DNA of 64,000 bases from an uncultured Candidatus Saccharibacteria bacterium (GTDB lineage: Bacteria; Patescibacteriota; Saccharimonadia; CAILAD01; GCA-016700035): positions 71,548-135,547 of the forward strand of contig CAZOVH010000002.1 in NCBI GenBank assembly GCA_964583675.1, read 5' to 3'. Each line of letters starts with the position of its first letter. Positions within the stretch are counted from its first letter, which is position 1. A model generated the notes under the pieces. It worked only from the letters and a program-made list of their open reading frames with translations. It did not search any database and had not been told where the DNA came from. Below are positions 38,312 through 48,753 of this stretch, in pieces. The translations under genes were made by a program, and so were the position numbers.

Positions 38312-39298
38312 CTATTTTTTAGGCCGCATGGCTGTCTTTGAGGGTTTTCTGGTCGCCTTAGTTGGCTTCGCGCCCTTGCGTGGTGTGGCAAAAATCATCT
38401 TACCAGCTACTGTCTGGAAGATGCGTGTAACTTCAGTTTCTACTTCTTGGCCTATAATTTTATCGCCACCCTCGACTACAATCATCGTGCCATCTTCCAA
38501 GTAGCCAACTCCTTGTCCTTTTTCTTTGCCGGCTTGCACAACTCGCACAACTAAGACTTCTCCAGGCAGTACTACAGCACGTAAAGCTTGCGAGAGCTCG
38601 TTCATGTTTAAGACACGCACCGATTCGATAGTGGCAACACGATTGAGATTATAATCAGTGGTTAAAATATCAGTTTTAAACTTCTTAGCCAAGTACACCA
38701 GCTTGTGATCTACCTCTTTTACTTTTGCTGGATTATCTTCAACAATATCAATTTCAACCGATTCATTTTCACGCAATTTGTTGAGGAGCTCGAGCCCCCG
38801 TCGGCCTTTCGCCCTACGAAGTGGGTCGTCAGAGTCAGCAATATTCTGCAATTCTGCTAGAACAAATCGTGGCACGAGAAGCTTACCCGGGACAAAACCA
38901 GTAGCAGCGATGTCGGCGATACGCCCATCAATAATGGCTGACGTATCAACTAAAATACGGCTCTTATGAGTTTCCTTTGTTGTGCTAGCCGTTTTCTTCG
39001 TGTTATTCACTTCTGCAAGCTTGGGAAACAAAACCCCAATTGCCTTGTGTTGGTGATAGAAGACTTCTGCCATAGCAATTGCCGACATAAGAGTAATAGT
39101 GATTGGCAGAATCGTGCTATATGGCTGCGGCAAATTATCGATTGGGATCGAAATCAGCAGCCCAGCTAAGGCACCAAAAATAAATCCAACTGTTATTAAA
39201 ATAAGCTTCTGCAAGCTTAAGCGCATTAGGCGCACGGCAATATAACAAACAACGAGTACGGCGATTGCCACCACCGGAATAATCAGAGAGTACGGCAT
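38312..39298 (-). CDS. yacL: PIN/TRAM domain membrane protein (YacL-like)
   Basis: N-terminal TM segments, PIN-like core, C-terminal TRAM; sits downstream of radA as in Bacillus. Confidence 0.6.
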   Translation of the reverse strand: MPYSLIIPVVAIAVLVVCYIAVRLMRLSLQKLILITVGFIFGALAGLLISIPIDNLPQPYSTILPITITLMSAIAMAEVFYHQHKAIGVLFPKLAEVNNTKKTASTTKETHKSRILVDTSAIIDGRIADIAATGFVPGKLLVPRFVLAELQNIADSDDPLRRAKGRRGLELLNKLRENESVEIDIVEDNPAKVKEVDHKLVYLAKKFKTDILTTDYNLNRVATIESVRVLNMNELSQALRAVVLPGEVLVVRVVQAGKEKGQGVGYLEDGTMIVVEGGDKIIGQEVETEVTRIFQTVAGKMIFATPRKGAKPTKATRKPSKTAMRPKK

Positions 39299-39310
39299 AT
39301 AAGTTCCTAG

Positions 39311-40657
39311 TTATTTTTTCTTGGATGAGGCCTTAATACGGGAGAGCGCAGCTGCAATATCAGCAAGCCCAACGACACCGCTACCTTTCAGGGCAGCTGG
39401 CGCCAAGATATGGTTAAAACCAAGCCGAGAGGCTTCTTTGGCTCTCGCCTGCATGAGATTTACTGAACGAATTTCTCCTGCCAGACCAACTTCGCCAAAA
39501 CTCGCAAGCGAGCTTGGAATGACGGTGCCATAATATGCGCTAGCTATGGCAAGAATAAGTGCAAGGTCTATGGCGGGCTCAGTAATCTTTAGCCCTCCTA
39601 TGATGCTAGCATAGATATCCTGGTCGGACAACGGAATGCCGGCACGCTTTGTTAGAACGGCAGCCAAAAGCCCAAGGCGGTTTTGATCGATCCCGACAGC
39701 TGCACGCTTTGGGTAGCTCAGAACCGATGGGGAGACCAAAGCCTGAACCTCAACCATCAACGGACGCGTACCTTCAAGAGCTACAAAAACAGCACTACCC
39801 GGCAGATCCCTGCGCTCGGCGAGTAGAATCTCCGAGGGATTTGCCACTTCCTTAAATCCACTCTCCCCCATCTCCAAGAGCGCCACATCACTCGTAGCGC
39901 CAAAGCGATTTTTACTCGCCTTCACTACACGCAATGTCCCGTACTGATCACCCTCCATACTTAATACCACATCTACTAAATGCTCTAATAGTTTTGGACC
40001 TGCAAGCGTACCTTCTTTTGTAACATGCCCAATTATTACGCAGGCCGTATGCGTAGTTTTAGCAGACTGCATAATCATATTCGCAACTAGTGTAATTTGA
40101 CTCGGTGCCCCGGCTGCGGCACTGGAGTCGGCCGCCACTAACGTTTGAATTGAGTCTATAATGACCAGTTGATAGTCACCTGTATCGATAAGTGCAGCGG
40201 CATCATCAGCCGAAGTAGTCGCCAAGAGCTCAAGATCAACCGTACCGACACCAAGTCTATCGGCACGCATTTTAATCTGTCGCGCAGACTCCTCGCCGGA
40301 CACATACAGTACCTTGCCTTTTGCAGCAATTACACTTGCAACCTGCAAGACCAAGGTTGACTTACCAACCCCTGGATCGCCAGAAAGCAACATAAGTGCA
40401 CCGGGCACCACTCCACCGCCGAGCACCAGGTCAAGTTCTTTTACGCCGCTACTAAATCGTGCCACGCGGAGATCTTCTACGTCCGCAAGCTTAGTTGGCT
40501 TCGCACCGCTGCTTGAGTTCTTCCTGCCAGTAGCACTTGCCGGCAGTACTTCCTCTACGATGCTTTCCCACGTGCCACACTGCAAACAGCGACCGGCCCA
40601 TTTGGAACTTTTCGCGCCACATTCTTGGCATACAAATACTGATGTCGCTTTAGCCAT
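39311..40657 (-). CDS. radA: DNA repair protein RadA/Sms
   Basis: N-terminal CxxC-x-CxxC Zn-finger, RecA-like Walker A GDPGVGKST, Lon-like C-terminus. Confidence 0.93.
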   Translation of the reverse strand: MAKATSVFVCQECGAKSSKWAGRCLQCGTWESIVEEVLPASATGRKNSSSGAKPTKLADVEDLRVARFSSGVKELDLVLGGGVVPGALMLLSGDPGVGKSTLVLQVASVIAAKGKVLYVSGEESARQIKMRADRLGVGTVDLELLATTSADDAAALIDTGDYQLVIIDSIQTLVAADSSAAAGAPSQITLVANMIMQSAKTTHTACVIIGHVTKEGTLAGPKLLEHLVDVVLSMEGDQYGTLRVVKASKNRFGATSDVALLEMGESGFKEVANPSEILLAERRDLPGSAVFVALEGTRPLMVEVQALVSPSVLSYPKRAAVGIDQNRLGLLAAVLTKRAGIPLSDQDIYASIIGGLKITEPAIDLALILAIASAYYGTVIPSSLASFGEVGLAGEIRSVNLMQARAKEASRLGFNHILAPAALKGSGVVGLADIAAALSRIKASSKKK

Positions 40658-40709
40658 GCATCTATTGTACTAGACTACGTGCAATATTTGTACGGTTTTT
40701 TGTTCGTAG

Positions 40710-43193
40710 TTATCCTACCTTTTGCGCGAGACGATTGGCGATATCGAGTTTCACCTCGCCTTTCACCGCTTTTACCAGTACGGTATCACCCTCGACAATC
40801 TGCTCGTTTAAGATTGCTTCAGCGAGCGGATCCTCGACTAACGATTGCACTGCGCGACGCATAGGGCGAGCACCATTATTTACGTCATAACCTTTTTCGA
40901 TTAGCAGATCCTTAAGTGAAGCGTGGAACTTCAAAGCCACATCTTTTTCGCGCAAACGACGTGCCAAATCTTGCAGCTGCAGATCAACAATCGAGCGCAC
41001 ATCAACCCGCGAAAGCGCCTTAAAGATAACAATATGGTCTACGCGATTTAAGAATTCAGGACGGAATGTACGCTTCAATTCCTGCTTAATTGTTCCCTGC
41101 ATCGTTTCGTGAAGTTTTTCTAACTTCTTCTGTTCATCGGCAGTATCGGTCGTAAACCCAATTTTGGCCTCCTGATACAACGCTTTTGCTCCAACATTAC
41201 TCGTCATGATGATAATGGTGTTACGAAAATCTACCGCCCGGCCTTTTGCATCCGTCAGCTGACCGTCTTCTAGTATCTGCAAAAGCATATTGAAGATATC
41301 TGGATGTGCCTTTTCAATTTCGTCAAAGAGGATGAGACTGTACGGCTTACGGCGAACTTGCTCGGTGAGCTGCCCTGCGTCTTCGTAGCCAACATAGCCA
41401 GCTGGTGCCCCAACCAAGCGCGATACATTGTGTCGCTCCATAAATTCCGACATATCAACTTTAATCATCGCATCTTTATCCTGAAAAATTTCTTGTGCCA
41501 AAGCCCGAGCCAGCTCGGTTTTGCCAACCCCAGTTGGACCAAGGAATATAAACGAGCCAATCGGCCTATCGGCGTGCGCAATACCAGTACGGCTGCGGCG
41601 AATCGCCTTAGCAATTACCTCAACTGCTTCGTCTTGCCCTATAATATGTTTCTTGAGTGTCTCGTCTATTTTTTTGAGTTGTTCAGTCTCAATTTTTACC
41701 AAGCGCGTCAATGGAATGCCTGTAGTATGCGAGATAACTCTCGCGATTTCTTCTTCGCCAATATTGATAATCTTCTTAGCCGTATCCCGCTTTTCTTGCG
41801 CTTCAATCCTTTCTTCAATCACACTCGCTTCGGCCTTCAGGCGCGCTGCATACTCGAAATCTTGGCTATACACCGCGTCTTCAATTTGATCGTTCACTTC
41901 TGCTAAACGAGCCTGCAAATTCTTCATCCGCTTTGATGTGCCGCCCTTTTCAATACGCGCCAATGAAGAGGCCTCGTCGATAAGATCAATAGCCTTATCG
42001 GGCAAGAAGCGATCAGAGATATAGCGCTTTGCGAGTTTAGCAGCAGCCTCGATTGCCTCCTCAGTAATAATTACGCCGTGATGCTCTTCATATTTTGGCT
42101 TTAGGCCTTCTAAAACTTTAACCGTTTCTTCAACTGTAGCCTCAGGCACAATCACCGGCTGGAAACGGCGTTCTAGTGCCGCATCTTTTTCGATATGCTT
42201 ACGATATTCATCAAGGGTGGTGGCGCCAATTACCTGCACCATTCCGCGCGACAAAGCAGGCTTGAGGATATTAGCAGCATCAATCGCGCCTTCTGCCGAG
42301 CCAGCCCCAACCACCGTATGCAGCTCGTCTATAAAGAGAATAATATCCTTATTCTCGGTCACTTCTTCAATGAGTTTTTTAAGTCTCTCTTCAAATTCAC
42401 CACGGTACTTCGTACCGGCAATCACGGTGGCCATATCGAGCATAACAATCCTCTTACCGGCAAGAACATCCGGCACTTCATCTTCCACAATCCGCGTTGC
42501 CAGGCCCTCAACAATAGCCGTCTTGCCAACTCCCGGTTCACCAATAAGGACGGGATTGTTTTTTTGGCGTCGGTTTAAAATTGAGATCATGCGATCGAGC
42601 TGAGACTTGCGCCCAACCATTGGGTCAAGCTCACCAGCGCGAGCTTTCTCGGTGAGGTCGATTCCGAAGTGATCAAGTGCGGGCGTATCACTCTCCTGGC
42701 CACGGCGCTTACCTCGCTTTTCGCCATCGCCGCCATACAGTGGAGTCTGGGCATTCAAATATTGCTCCAGCTCTAGGCGTATCGTATTTGGATTAATCGA
42801 GATCTCTTTCAAAAGTACGTTTGCACGTGCATTCTTTTGAGTAAGAATGGCATACAGCAGATGTTCTGTGCCTGCGTAGGGCTGCCCAAATTCCTGAGCT
42901 ATCCGCATAGAAAGTGCGATGGTCTTCTTGGCCGTCTGTGAGAGTGACTGCAGCGTATGCGTGGACACAACGCCATTTGGCGAAAGTGTAAGCTCTAACT
43001 TATCAAGTGTCACACCAGATTGTGCGAGTATTTTTGAGCCAATCGAGCCCTGTGTTTTAAGAACTCCCAACAGCAGATGTTCTGTACCCACATAAACCGA
43101 ACCAATTCCGGCAGCAATCATGCTGGCATGCTCAAGCGCTCGCTTGGCGTTCTCCGTAAAGCGATCAAATTGCGGTGGTAAATTTTGTTCCAT
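40710..43193 (-). CDS. clpC: Clp ATPase ClpC
   Basis: 827 aa; N-domain repeats, two AAA+ modules ([16 protein letters not shown]). Confidence 0.92.
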   Translation of the reverse strand: MEQNLPPQFDRFTENAKRALEHASMIAAGIGSVYVGTEHLLLGVLKTQGSIGSKILAQSGVTLDKLELTLSPNGVVSTHTLQSLSQTAKKTIALSMRIAQEFGQPYAGTEHLLYAILTQKNARANVLLKEISINPNTIRLELEQYLNAQTPLYGGDGEKRGKRRGQESDTPALDHFGIDLTEKARAGELDPMVGRKSQLDRMISILNRRQKNNPVLIGEPGVGKTAIVEGLATRIVEDEVPDVLAGKRIVMLDMATVIAGTKYRGEFEERLKKLIEEVTENKDIILFIDELHTVVGAGSAEGAIDAANILKPALSRGMVQVIGATTLDEYRKHIEKDAALERRFQPVIVPEATVEETVKVLEGLKPKYEEHHGVIITEEAIEAAAKLAKRYISDRFLPDKAIDLIDEASSLARIEKGGTSKRMKNLQARLAEVNDQIEDAVYSQDFEYAARLKAEASVIEERIEAQEKRDTAKKIINIGEEEIARVISHTTGIPLTRLVKIETEQLKKIDETLKKHIIGQDEAVEVIAKAIRRSRTGIAHADRPIGSFIFLGPTGVGKTELARALAQEIFQDKDAMIKVDMSEFMERHNVSRLVGAPAGYVGYEDAGQLTEQVRRKPYSLILFDEIEKAHPDIFNMLLQILEDGQLTDAKGRAVDFRNTIIIMTSNVGAKALYQEAKIGFTTDTADEQKKLEKLHETMQGTIKQELKRTFRPEFLNRVDHIVIFKALSRVDVRSIVDLQLQDLARRLREKDVALKFHASLKDLLIEKGYDVNNGARPMRRAVQSLVEDPLAEAILNEQIVEGDTVLVKAVKGEVKLDIANRLAQKVG

Positions 43194-43250
43194 ATCAAGC
43201 CTCCTTTCCTAATATGGTGCAGCAGCTAAGGTGCAGGTCGAAGTTGAAGA

Positions 43251-44459
43251 CTATTCCTCTTCGCTTACTTCAACATTTTCGTCAGTATCGGCGGCAGGGG
43301 TAGCATCTTCCTCCGCAACAGGCTCAGCATTGGCTTCGGCAGCAGCAATAAGTTCATCTTCTAATCCTACTGCTCGCTTCTTCTCGGAGCTCTCAGCTAC
43401 TTCCGCGGTTTCTTCAATACCAGCATCATCAGCTCCGTCGATGTCGATATTCCAGTCAGTCAACTTAGCAGCCAGACGTACGTTTTGACCGGAACGCCCA
43501 ATGGCGAGAGACAGCTGATCTTCGGGAACACGCACAACTGCGCGCTTTTCAACCTCATCAGTTTCAACGGCAATGATATTTTTTGCAGGAGAAAGCGCAT
43601 TGGTAATGTAGTGCTTAATATCTTCATCAAATGGGATGATATCAATCTTCTCTTCGCCAATATTAGCCATAACAGCCTGCACTCGAGTCCCACGGCCGCC
43701 AACAAAAGTACCAACTGGATCAACGCCATCTACATTGCTCTTAACAGCAATCTTCGTGCGGGCACCAGCTTCGCGAGCAATGTTTACAATTTCTACATTG
43801 CCAGCTGCAATTTCTGGCACTTCCATTTCAAAGAGACGACGAATAAGATTCGGGTGTGAGCGGCTCACAACAATTTGTGGCCCTTTGAGGGTGTTCTCAA
43901 CGCGCACAACATATACCTTGAGGCGCTGTCCCGGGTAATAACGCTCACCATGAATTTGCTCGGAGGCAAACATAATACCAGTCGTTCGACCAAGGTCTAC
44001 GAAGACATTTCCGTGCTCCACGCGCTGTACCGAACCGTTCATAATGGTATCTTCTTTGTCCTGGTATTCGTTGTACACAACTTCGCGTTCAGCTTCACGA
44101 ATGCGCTGAATAATCACCTGCTTAGCAGTCTGAGCTGCAACGCGACCAAACTCTTTATTAACGTCTTCAATCTCCACAGTCTCACCAACTTTTGCAGAGC
44201 TCTTTATTATTTGTGCGTCCCCAACAGAAATCTCGAGGTGTGGGTTATCAACTTCGTCTACCACTTCCTTGGTAACAAAAATACGTGGATCACCAGTTGA
44301 TGGGTCTACCTCCACCCGAACTTCCTGATCCTTATCGCCAAAGTCCTTTTTGTAAGCAGCAATAAGCGCCATTTCAATCGTCTCCATGACGACATCCTTT
44401 GAAATGCCTTTTTCTTCACATATTTGTTCGATGGCTGAAATAAATTGATTTTGCTGCAT
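43251..44459 (-). CDS. nusA: transcription termination/antitermination factor NusA
   Basis: 402 aa; S1 and KH domains; acidic C-terminal tail. Confidence 0.93.
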   Translation of the reverse strand: MQQNQFISAIEQICEEKGISKDVVMETIEMALIAAYKKDFGDKDQEVRVEVDPSTGDPRIFVTKEVVDEVDNPHLEISVGDAQIIKSSAKVGETVEIEDVNKEFGRVAAQTAKQVIIQRIREAEREVVYNEYQDKEDTIMNGSVQRVEHGNVFVDLGRTTGIMFASEQIHGERYYPGQRLKVYVVRVENTLKGPQIVVSRSHPNLIRRLFEMEVPEIAAGNVEIVNIAREAGARTKIAVKSNVDGVDPVGTFVGGRGTRVQAVMANIGEEKIDIIPFDEDIKHYITNALSPAKNIIAVETDEVEKRAVVRVPEDQLSLAIGRSGQNVRLAAKLTDWNIDIDGADDAGIEETAEVAESSEKKRAVGLEDELIAAAEANAEPVAEEDATPAADTDENVEVSEEE

Positions 44460-44625
44460 AAAAGTTTTCCCTTGTCTTTATTCTACTAAGTCGTACTCGT
44501 GCTGTATGTAGTTTTACGGATTTTTCTCATATTTTGGTCTAAAAAAGCCGCTCGCTGTATTTGGTTTTCTACCAGCGACCGACTCTGACAACAGCATCGA
44601 TGTATGATTACCAGTATACGCAACC

Positions 44626-44660
44626 AGAATTAGCACTGTCAAGTGCCAAGTGCTAATTCT
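44626..44660. promoter_or_regulatory. CIRCE-like 12-bp perfect inverted repeat upstream of nusA-clpC
   Basis: AGAATTAGCACT-N11-AGTGCTAATTCT; core TTAGCACT-N11-AGTGCTAA gives CIRCE arm and spacing geometry; no U-tract, so not a terminator. Confidence 0.35.
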
Positions 44661-45018
44661 ATCCATCCTCCACTGCGTTCGGATAGTAGCTGCAGGTAAA
44701 CTTTTCCCCAGTTACAACCACTACATCTATCCGAATATTTTGATGAGCATCATCATAACCCTGCTGCGCTAGCCACTGCATAATACCCTGCGAGAGCCGC
44801 CACTTTTTCTTAGGTGAGATTGCCGCCTCACCACCACCAAAATCTGCATTACGGCGATACTTTACTTCTACCGCTACAATATCTGAACCATCTAGCATCA
44901 CTAAATCAAGTTCATAAAATCGAGTGCGTGCATTTTGATCCAGACATTTCATACTCTGTTGCTCAAGATAATTTCGTGCCACTAGCTCTGCTTCTGCACC
45001 AATCGCCGTAGTATTCAT
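44659..45018 (-). CDS. yraN: YraN-family (UPF0102) endonuclease
   Basis: 119 aa; GAEAELVARNYL...LDLVMLDGSDIVAVEVKYR. Confidence 0.75.
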   Translation of the reverse strand: MNTTAIGAEAELVARNYLEQQSMKCLDQNARTRFYELDLVMLDGSDIVAVEVKYRRNADFGGGEAAISPKKKWRLSQGIMQWLAQQGYDDAHQNIRIDVVVVTGEKFTCSYYPNAVEDG

Positions 45019-45626
45019 GACAAGATATTCCCAAGAAAGCTACTACGATGAATTGGCGTGACGCCATACTTTTTAAGTGCCGCAATATGGCGCGGCGTTC
45101 CGTAGCCCACATGTGTTTCAAAGCCATACTCAGGATACTGCAAGGCATATTCTCGCATCAGCTCATCACGCTCTTCTTTAGCGAGGATAGACGCTGCCGC
45201 AATAGATGCGCATATCATATCCCCCTTCACAATCGTGCGAGCCGACATAATATCACGCAAAAAATTGTGCTTTCCATCAAGCAACACTAAATCTGGACGA
45301 ATATCAACTTTTGTAAGTATACGTCTCGCGGCTTCCTGCAGACTTGCTGTGACGCCATGCTTATCAATAAAATCTGGCTCTACATGCTCCACACAGAACC
45401 ACTCAGCTGCGGCCCGAATAGCGATTGCCTTTTCAGCACGCTGTTTAGCCGAGAGGAGCTTAGAATCTACCACCGGCTCTGCAAAGCCCTCCGGTAAAAT
45501 TACCAAGCCTACACTAATCGGCCCAGCCAGGGGCCCTCGCCCCACTTCATCCATACCGGCAACAACTGCGAACCCCTCGAGGCGTGCTGCCTCCTCCATT
45601 TCATGCGTTGCCCACGTCCTTGCCAT
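45015..45626 (-). CDS. rnhB: ribonuclease HII
   Basis: GMDEVGRGPLAGPI active-site motif. Confidence 0.92.
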   Translation of the reverse strand: MARTWATHEMEEAARLEGFAVVAGMDEVGRGPLAGPISVGLVILPEGFAEPVVDSKLLSAKQRAEKAIAIRAAAEWFCVEHVEPDFIDKHGVTASLQEAARRILTKVDIRPDLVLLDGKHNFLRDIMSARTIVKGDMICASIAAASILAKEERDELMREYALQYPEYGFETHVGYGTPRHIAALKKYGVTPIHRSSFLGNILS

Positions 45627-45674
45627 ATATCCATGATACTACGAACAAAATACGAATGTCTAGATTTTTACGTA

Positions 45675-45705
45675 CAAAAAATCCCGCCTTCATTACGAAG
45701 ACGGG
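45675..45705 (-). terminator. terminator of the pyrD-like gene
   Basis: CCCGTCTTC-N5-GAAGGCGGG (one mismatch) followed by a U-tract on the minus strand. Confidence 0.55.
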
Positions 45706-45712
45706 CAATGAA

Positions 45713-46651
45713 TTACGAAAGAGCAACCCACTCGGCAACAATGCGCTCGATGGTGGATGGCGATCGATGCCAGTAATCGGCTGCGACCTGCACGGCCGTA
45801 GCGCCACAGGTGAGAAAGTCCGCCGCGTCCTGCCCAGATGAAATGCCGCCAACACCGACCACGGGAATTGGTGAATCGAACGACTTGAGAGCCTCCACCC
45901 ACTGGTAGACCTGCCCGAGCGCAATCGGCAGATAAGCTGGTCCCGAGAAGCCGCCGAGGACTGTCGAGAGATACGGCTTGCCGTCCCGCATCACGAGAGC
46001 ATTCGGAAAGGTGTTGCTCGTGACGATGTAGATCCGATCACGAAGTCCCAACTTCTCATTCCATGAATAGTCGGCAATCATCTTTGCAGCTGCTTTGAGC
46101 TCCTCCGGATTCGAGTAGGGCGACACCTTCAGGCCAACCCGACCCTTCCAAAGACTCACGACAAGGGCAATCTGCCGTTCCATCCCTTTGATATCAAAAC
46201 TGGTGATCGACTTCTGCTCGCCAGACCCCCACACATTCGGACAACCCAGGTTGAGCTCAACAGCATGGACATTCCAAACTGCAGCAAGATGGAGCAGATG
46301 CCGCAAGCTCTCTTCGAAGTCCCCCAAAGGAGCAATCGAGAGAATGATCTTCTTGCCACGTGCGCGGGCCAGTTCAAGGAGCTGCAGGGACTCAGACTCG
46401 TGCTCCCAGTAATACTCCAGCCCTGGCTCCGGTAGACCCATGGCGTTCACCATGTAGCCACGGTCGGGGTCGTAGAGTGAACGCGGTTCAGGATTTCCCA
46501 ACCGCTCATCGAGTGAGCCGGTGAGAGAACCGATCACGATGGCGCTGGCGGATGAGTTCACGGCCGCTTCAAGCTCTGCGAGCGTCTTCACCATCCCCGG
46601 AGCGATTGTCACTGGATGTTCGAGCTGCATACCGCACAAATCGATGGTCAT
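45713..46651 (-). CDS. dihydroorotate dehydrogenase-like flavoprotein, class 1 (Cys catalytic base), high GC
   Basis: 312 aa; NLGCPNV motif; GVGGISSGQDAADFLTCGATAVQVA FMN-binding; GC about 59%. Confidence 0.75.
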   Translation of the reverse strand: MTIDLCGMQLEHPVTIAPGMVKTLAELEAAVNSSASAIVIGSLTGSLDERLGNPEPRSLYDPDRGYMVNAMGLPEPGLEYYWEHESESLQLLELARARGKKIILSIAPLGDFEESLRHLLHLAAVWNVHAVELNLGCPNVWGSGEQKSITSFDIKGMERQIALVVSLWKGRVGLKVSPYSNPEELKAAAKMIADYSWNEKLGLRDRIYIVTSNTFPNALVMRDGKPYLSTVLGGFSGPAYLPIALGQVYQWVEALKSFDSPIPVVGVGGISSGQDAADFLTCGATAVQVAADYWHRSPSTIERIVAEWVALS

Positions 46652-46720
46652 GTTTCTCTTCTTTCATTCGAGGTACTTTTGAACCGCTTAATTATTCCAT
46701 CAGGAACATAAACACACAAG

Positions 46721-46756
46721 CATAAAAAGAACCGGTTTGGGATATTCCCAAACCGG
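46721..46756 (-). terminator. terminator of pyrC
   Basis: Perfect 10-bp stem CCGGTTTGGG-atat-CCCAAACCGG with a U-tract on the minus strand. Confidence 0.7.
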
Positions 46757-46769
46757 CTTTGAAGAGACG

Positions 46770-47885
46770 TCAGTCTTCGTAGACCTCGCCAAACCACTCC
46801 ATGCCTTCGACACGCCAATCAAGCACCTCGCCAGCCTTCCACGGGACGAGCACCTGCTCCGGATCGCTGACATTGGTACGATCATGTCGACCAATCGGCC
46901 ATACCTCTGGCACCTGCCAACGCTCACGGACGAGCGTCATCTGCGGCCGCGGCCTGTCCGACTCGATGCCGTAAAACGCGGCACCGTTGGTACACATGAA
47001 GGCTACGAAGGCTTCCCACTTGTCCCGATCACCATTGCGATCGAAGTGATCCCACAACACCGGGATTGCCACCGGACTAGTCCAGGCACCGAATGCTGGT
47101 GCCCCACCAAGCTTCTTGACTTGAGCGTGTGGCGCAGAATCCGACCCAAAGAAAATCTTTCCCGGCCACAAGTGTGCTCCCAAGATGATGTGAGCCAATG
47201 CTGCTCGATCGGACGCTGTCTTGGCAACCGGCATACACAGGCAATGTGGGTCTCGCACTGCCATCTCGTGCGTAAGAAATGGGTGATGGGCTGTAATGGT
47301 GGCCGCAACATTTGTCGGCATATCCAAGACTGCCTGCAGCATACGATGATCCGACACATGCTCCACCACAATCTTGAGATCTGGATAGTTCATCACCAAC
47401 CATTCAAGATGTGGAATGAAGCCAAACTCACGCCTGAGATCATCCGGTTCGACGTCTGGTGTCAGCTCCGCATGCACACAAAGTACAATTCCCAGTGCCT
47501 CCATCATCCGCAAGACATTGTAGTCAAGATCCTGTGGACTTGAGAGGCCACTGCCGGAATTGGTTGTGCCTCCATGCGGATAATACTTGGCTGCACGAAT
47601 GTAGGCCGCCACTTCCTCCACTACCCTCGGTGTAGTACGACTCGTAAGGTACAGCGTGGGGTGAATGCGGCCTGCAAGCACCGACTGACCGTAACCAGAT
47701 CCAGCAATCTGCTCCCTGTATAGGGATACATCTACAACATCTGTCAGGGGCGGTGTCAGATTCGGCATCGGCAGGAAGTTGCGAAACTGACATTCGGTAA
47801 ATGGGCGCACAGCTTCAAGCAAGTCGCCATCACGCAGATGCACATGCCAGTCGTCGGGCTTCGGGAAAGTAACTTCGATAGACAT
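46770..47885 (-). CDS. pyrC: dihydroorotase, class II (E. coli PyrC-like), high GC
   Basis: 371 aa; DWHVHLRDG metal-binding start and overall colinearity with E. coli PyrC (..FGSDSAPHA..). Confidence 0.85.
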   Translation of the reverse strand: MSIEVTFPKPDDWHVHLRDGDLLEAVRPFTECQFRNFLPMPNLTPPLTDVVDVSLYREQIAGSGYGQSVLAGRIHPTLYLTSRTTPRVVEEVAAYIRAAKYYPHGGTTNSGSGLSSPQDLDYNVLRMMEALGIVLCVHAELTPDVEPDDLRREFGFIPHLEWLVMNYPDLKIVVEHVSDHRMLQAVLDMPTNVAATITAHHPFLTHEMAVRDPHCLCMPVAKTASDRAALAHIILGAHLWPGKIFFGSDSAPHAQVKKLGGAPAFGAWTSPVAIPVLWDHFDRNGDRDKWEAFVAFMCTNGAAFYGIESDRPRPQMTLVRERWQVPEVWPIGRHDRTNVSDPEQVLVPWKAGEVLDWRVEGMEWFGEVYED

Positions 47886-47959
47886 GAGTGTTTCTTTCTG
47901 TTGTAGGTACTTCGAACTTGCCTATTTTGCTAGATTTTGACTCAATTTTCAAGCATAAC

Positions 47960-47982
47960 AAAAAACGCCCCCAGTCGGGCGC
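47960..47982 (-). terminator. rplS terminator
   Basis: CGCCC-N6-GGGCG with TTTTTT on the minus strand. Confidence 0.55.
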
Positions 47983-48003
47983 TTTGTGTAAGTGCTAGTA
48001 TTT

Positions 48004-48621
48004 TTAGGCTTCTTTCGCCTGCTGCTTGTCGTCTTCGGCCTCTGCCTTATCAATACCTTCTTGTGTTTCGGCGGCGGCGAGCTCCTGCTCATCATCTCCG
48101 TCGGTCTTAGCATCGTCCTCTGCAGCCTGCTTGTTTTCTTCCTTTGCAATGTCTTCAGTAGATTCCACAACTGCATCTTCAGAAGTGTTTGCTTCGGCTT
48201 CTGCAGCCTTTGCCTCGGCCTCCGCTTCAGCTAGCTCGGCAGCAGTACGATGATCTACGTCATTTGCAGCGGTCTTATCAAATTCCTGTTCCATGAGTCG
48301 AGCCTTTTTACCACGAAGTCCACGCATGTAAGAAAGGAAGGCGCGTCGTACTTTGGCGCGGCGGATAACTTCGATCTTCTCTACGTTTGGCGAGTGAACA
48401 AACCAACTTTTCTCTACGCCTACACCTGAAGCAATCTTACGAACAGTAAGGTAAGCATTGCCATCGTTTGGCTTGCGATAACGAATAACCAGCCCCTCAA
48501 AAATCTGAGTACGGGTTTTATTTCCTTCACGAATAATCTGGTGAACTCGTACGGTGTCACCTGGTTGAATCTGCGCAATCTTTGCTTTAAGCTGCGGCTT
48601 TTGGAGTACGTTTGCTTGCAT
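48004..48621 (-). CDS. rplS: 50S ribosomal protein L19 with a ~90-aa acidic/Ala-rich C-terminal extension
   Basis: L19 core (about 115 aa) then AEAEAKAAEAE...DDKQQAKEA low-complexity tail. Confidence 0.9.
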   Translation of the reverse strand: MQANVLQKPQLKAKIAQIQPGDTVRVHQIIREGNKTRTQIFEGLVIRYRKPNDGNAYLTVRKIASGVGVEKSWFVHSPNVEKIEVIRRAKVRRAFLSYMRGLRGKKARLMEQEFDKTAANDVDHRTAAELAEAEAEAKAAEAEANTSEDAVVESTEDIAKEENKQAAEDDAKTDGDDEQELAAAETQEGIDKAEAEDDKQQAKEA

Positions 48622-48753
48622 AACTTGAGTATTCTATCAGGTTTTCTCGAGGAAAGCAAGCGTGACGGTGGCATGTTTTTATTTGACTATTGTATATTTC
48701 TGTTGCAGAATATATGTGAACCTGTACCTACCGATCAACCAACGAGGGAAGTC

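Noticed and set aside
44626-44660. Perfect 12-bp hairpin as the rho-independent terminator of yraN
   Set aside because: No U-tract follows on the minus strand; its CIRCE-like arm sequence and spacing fit an operator better.
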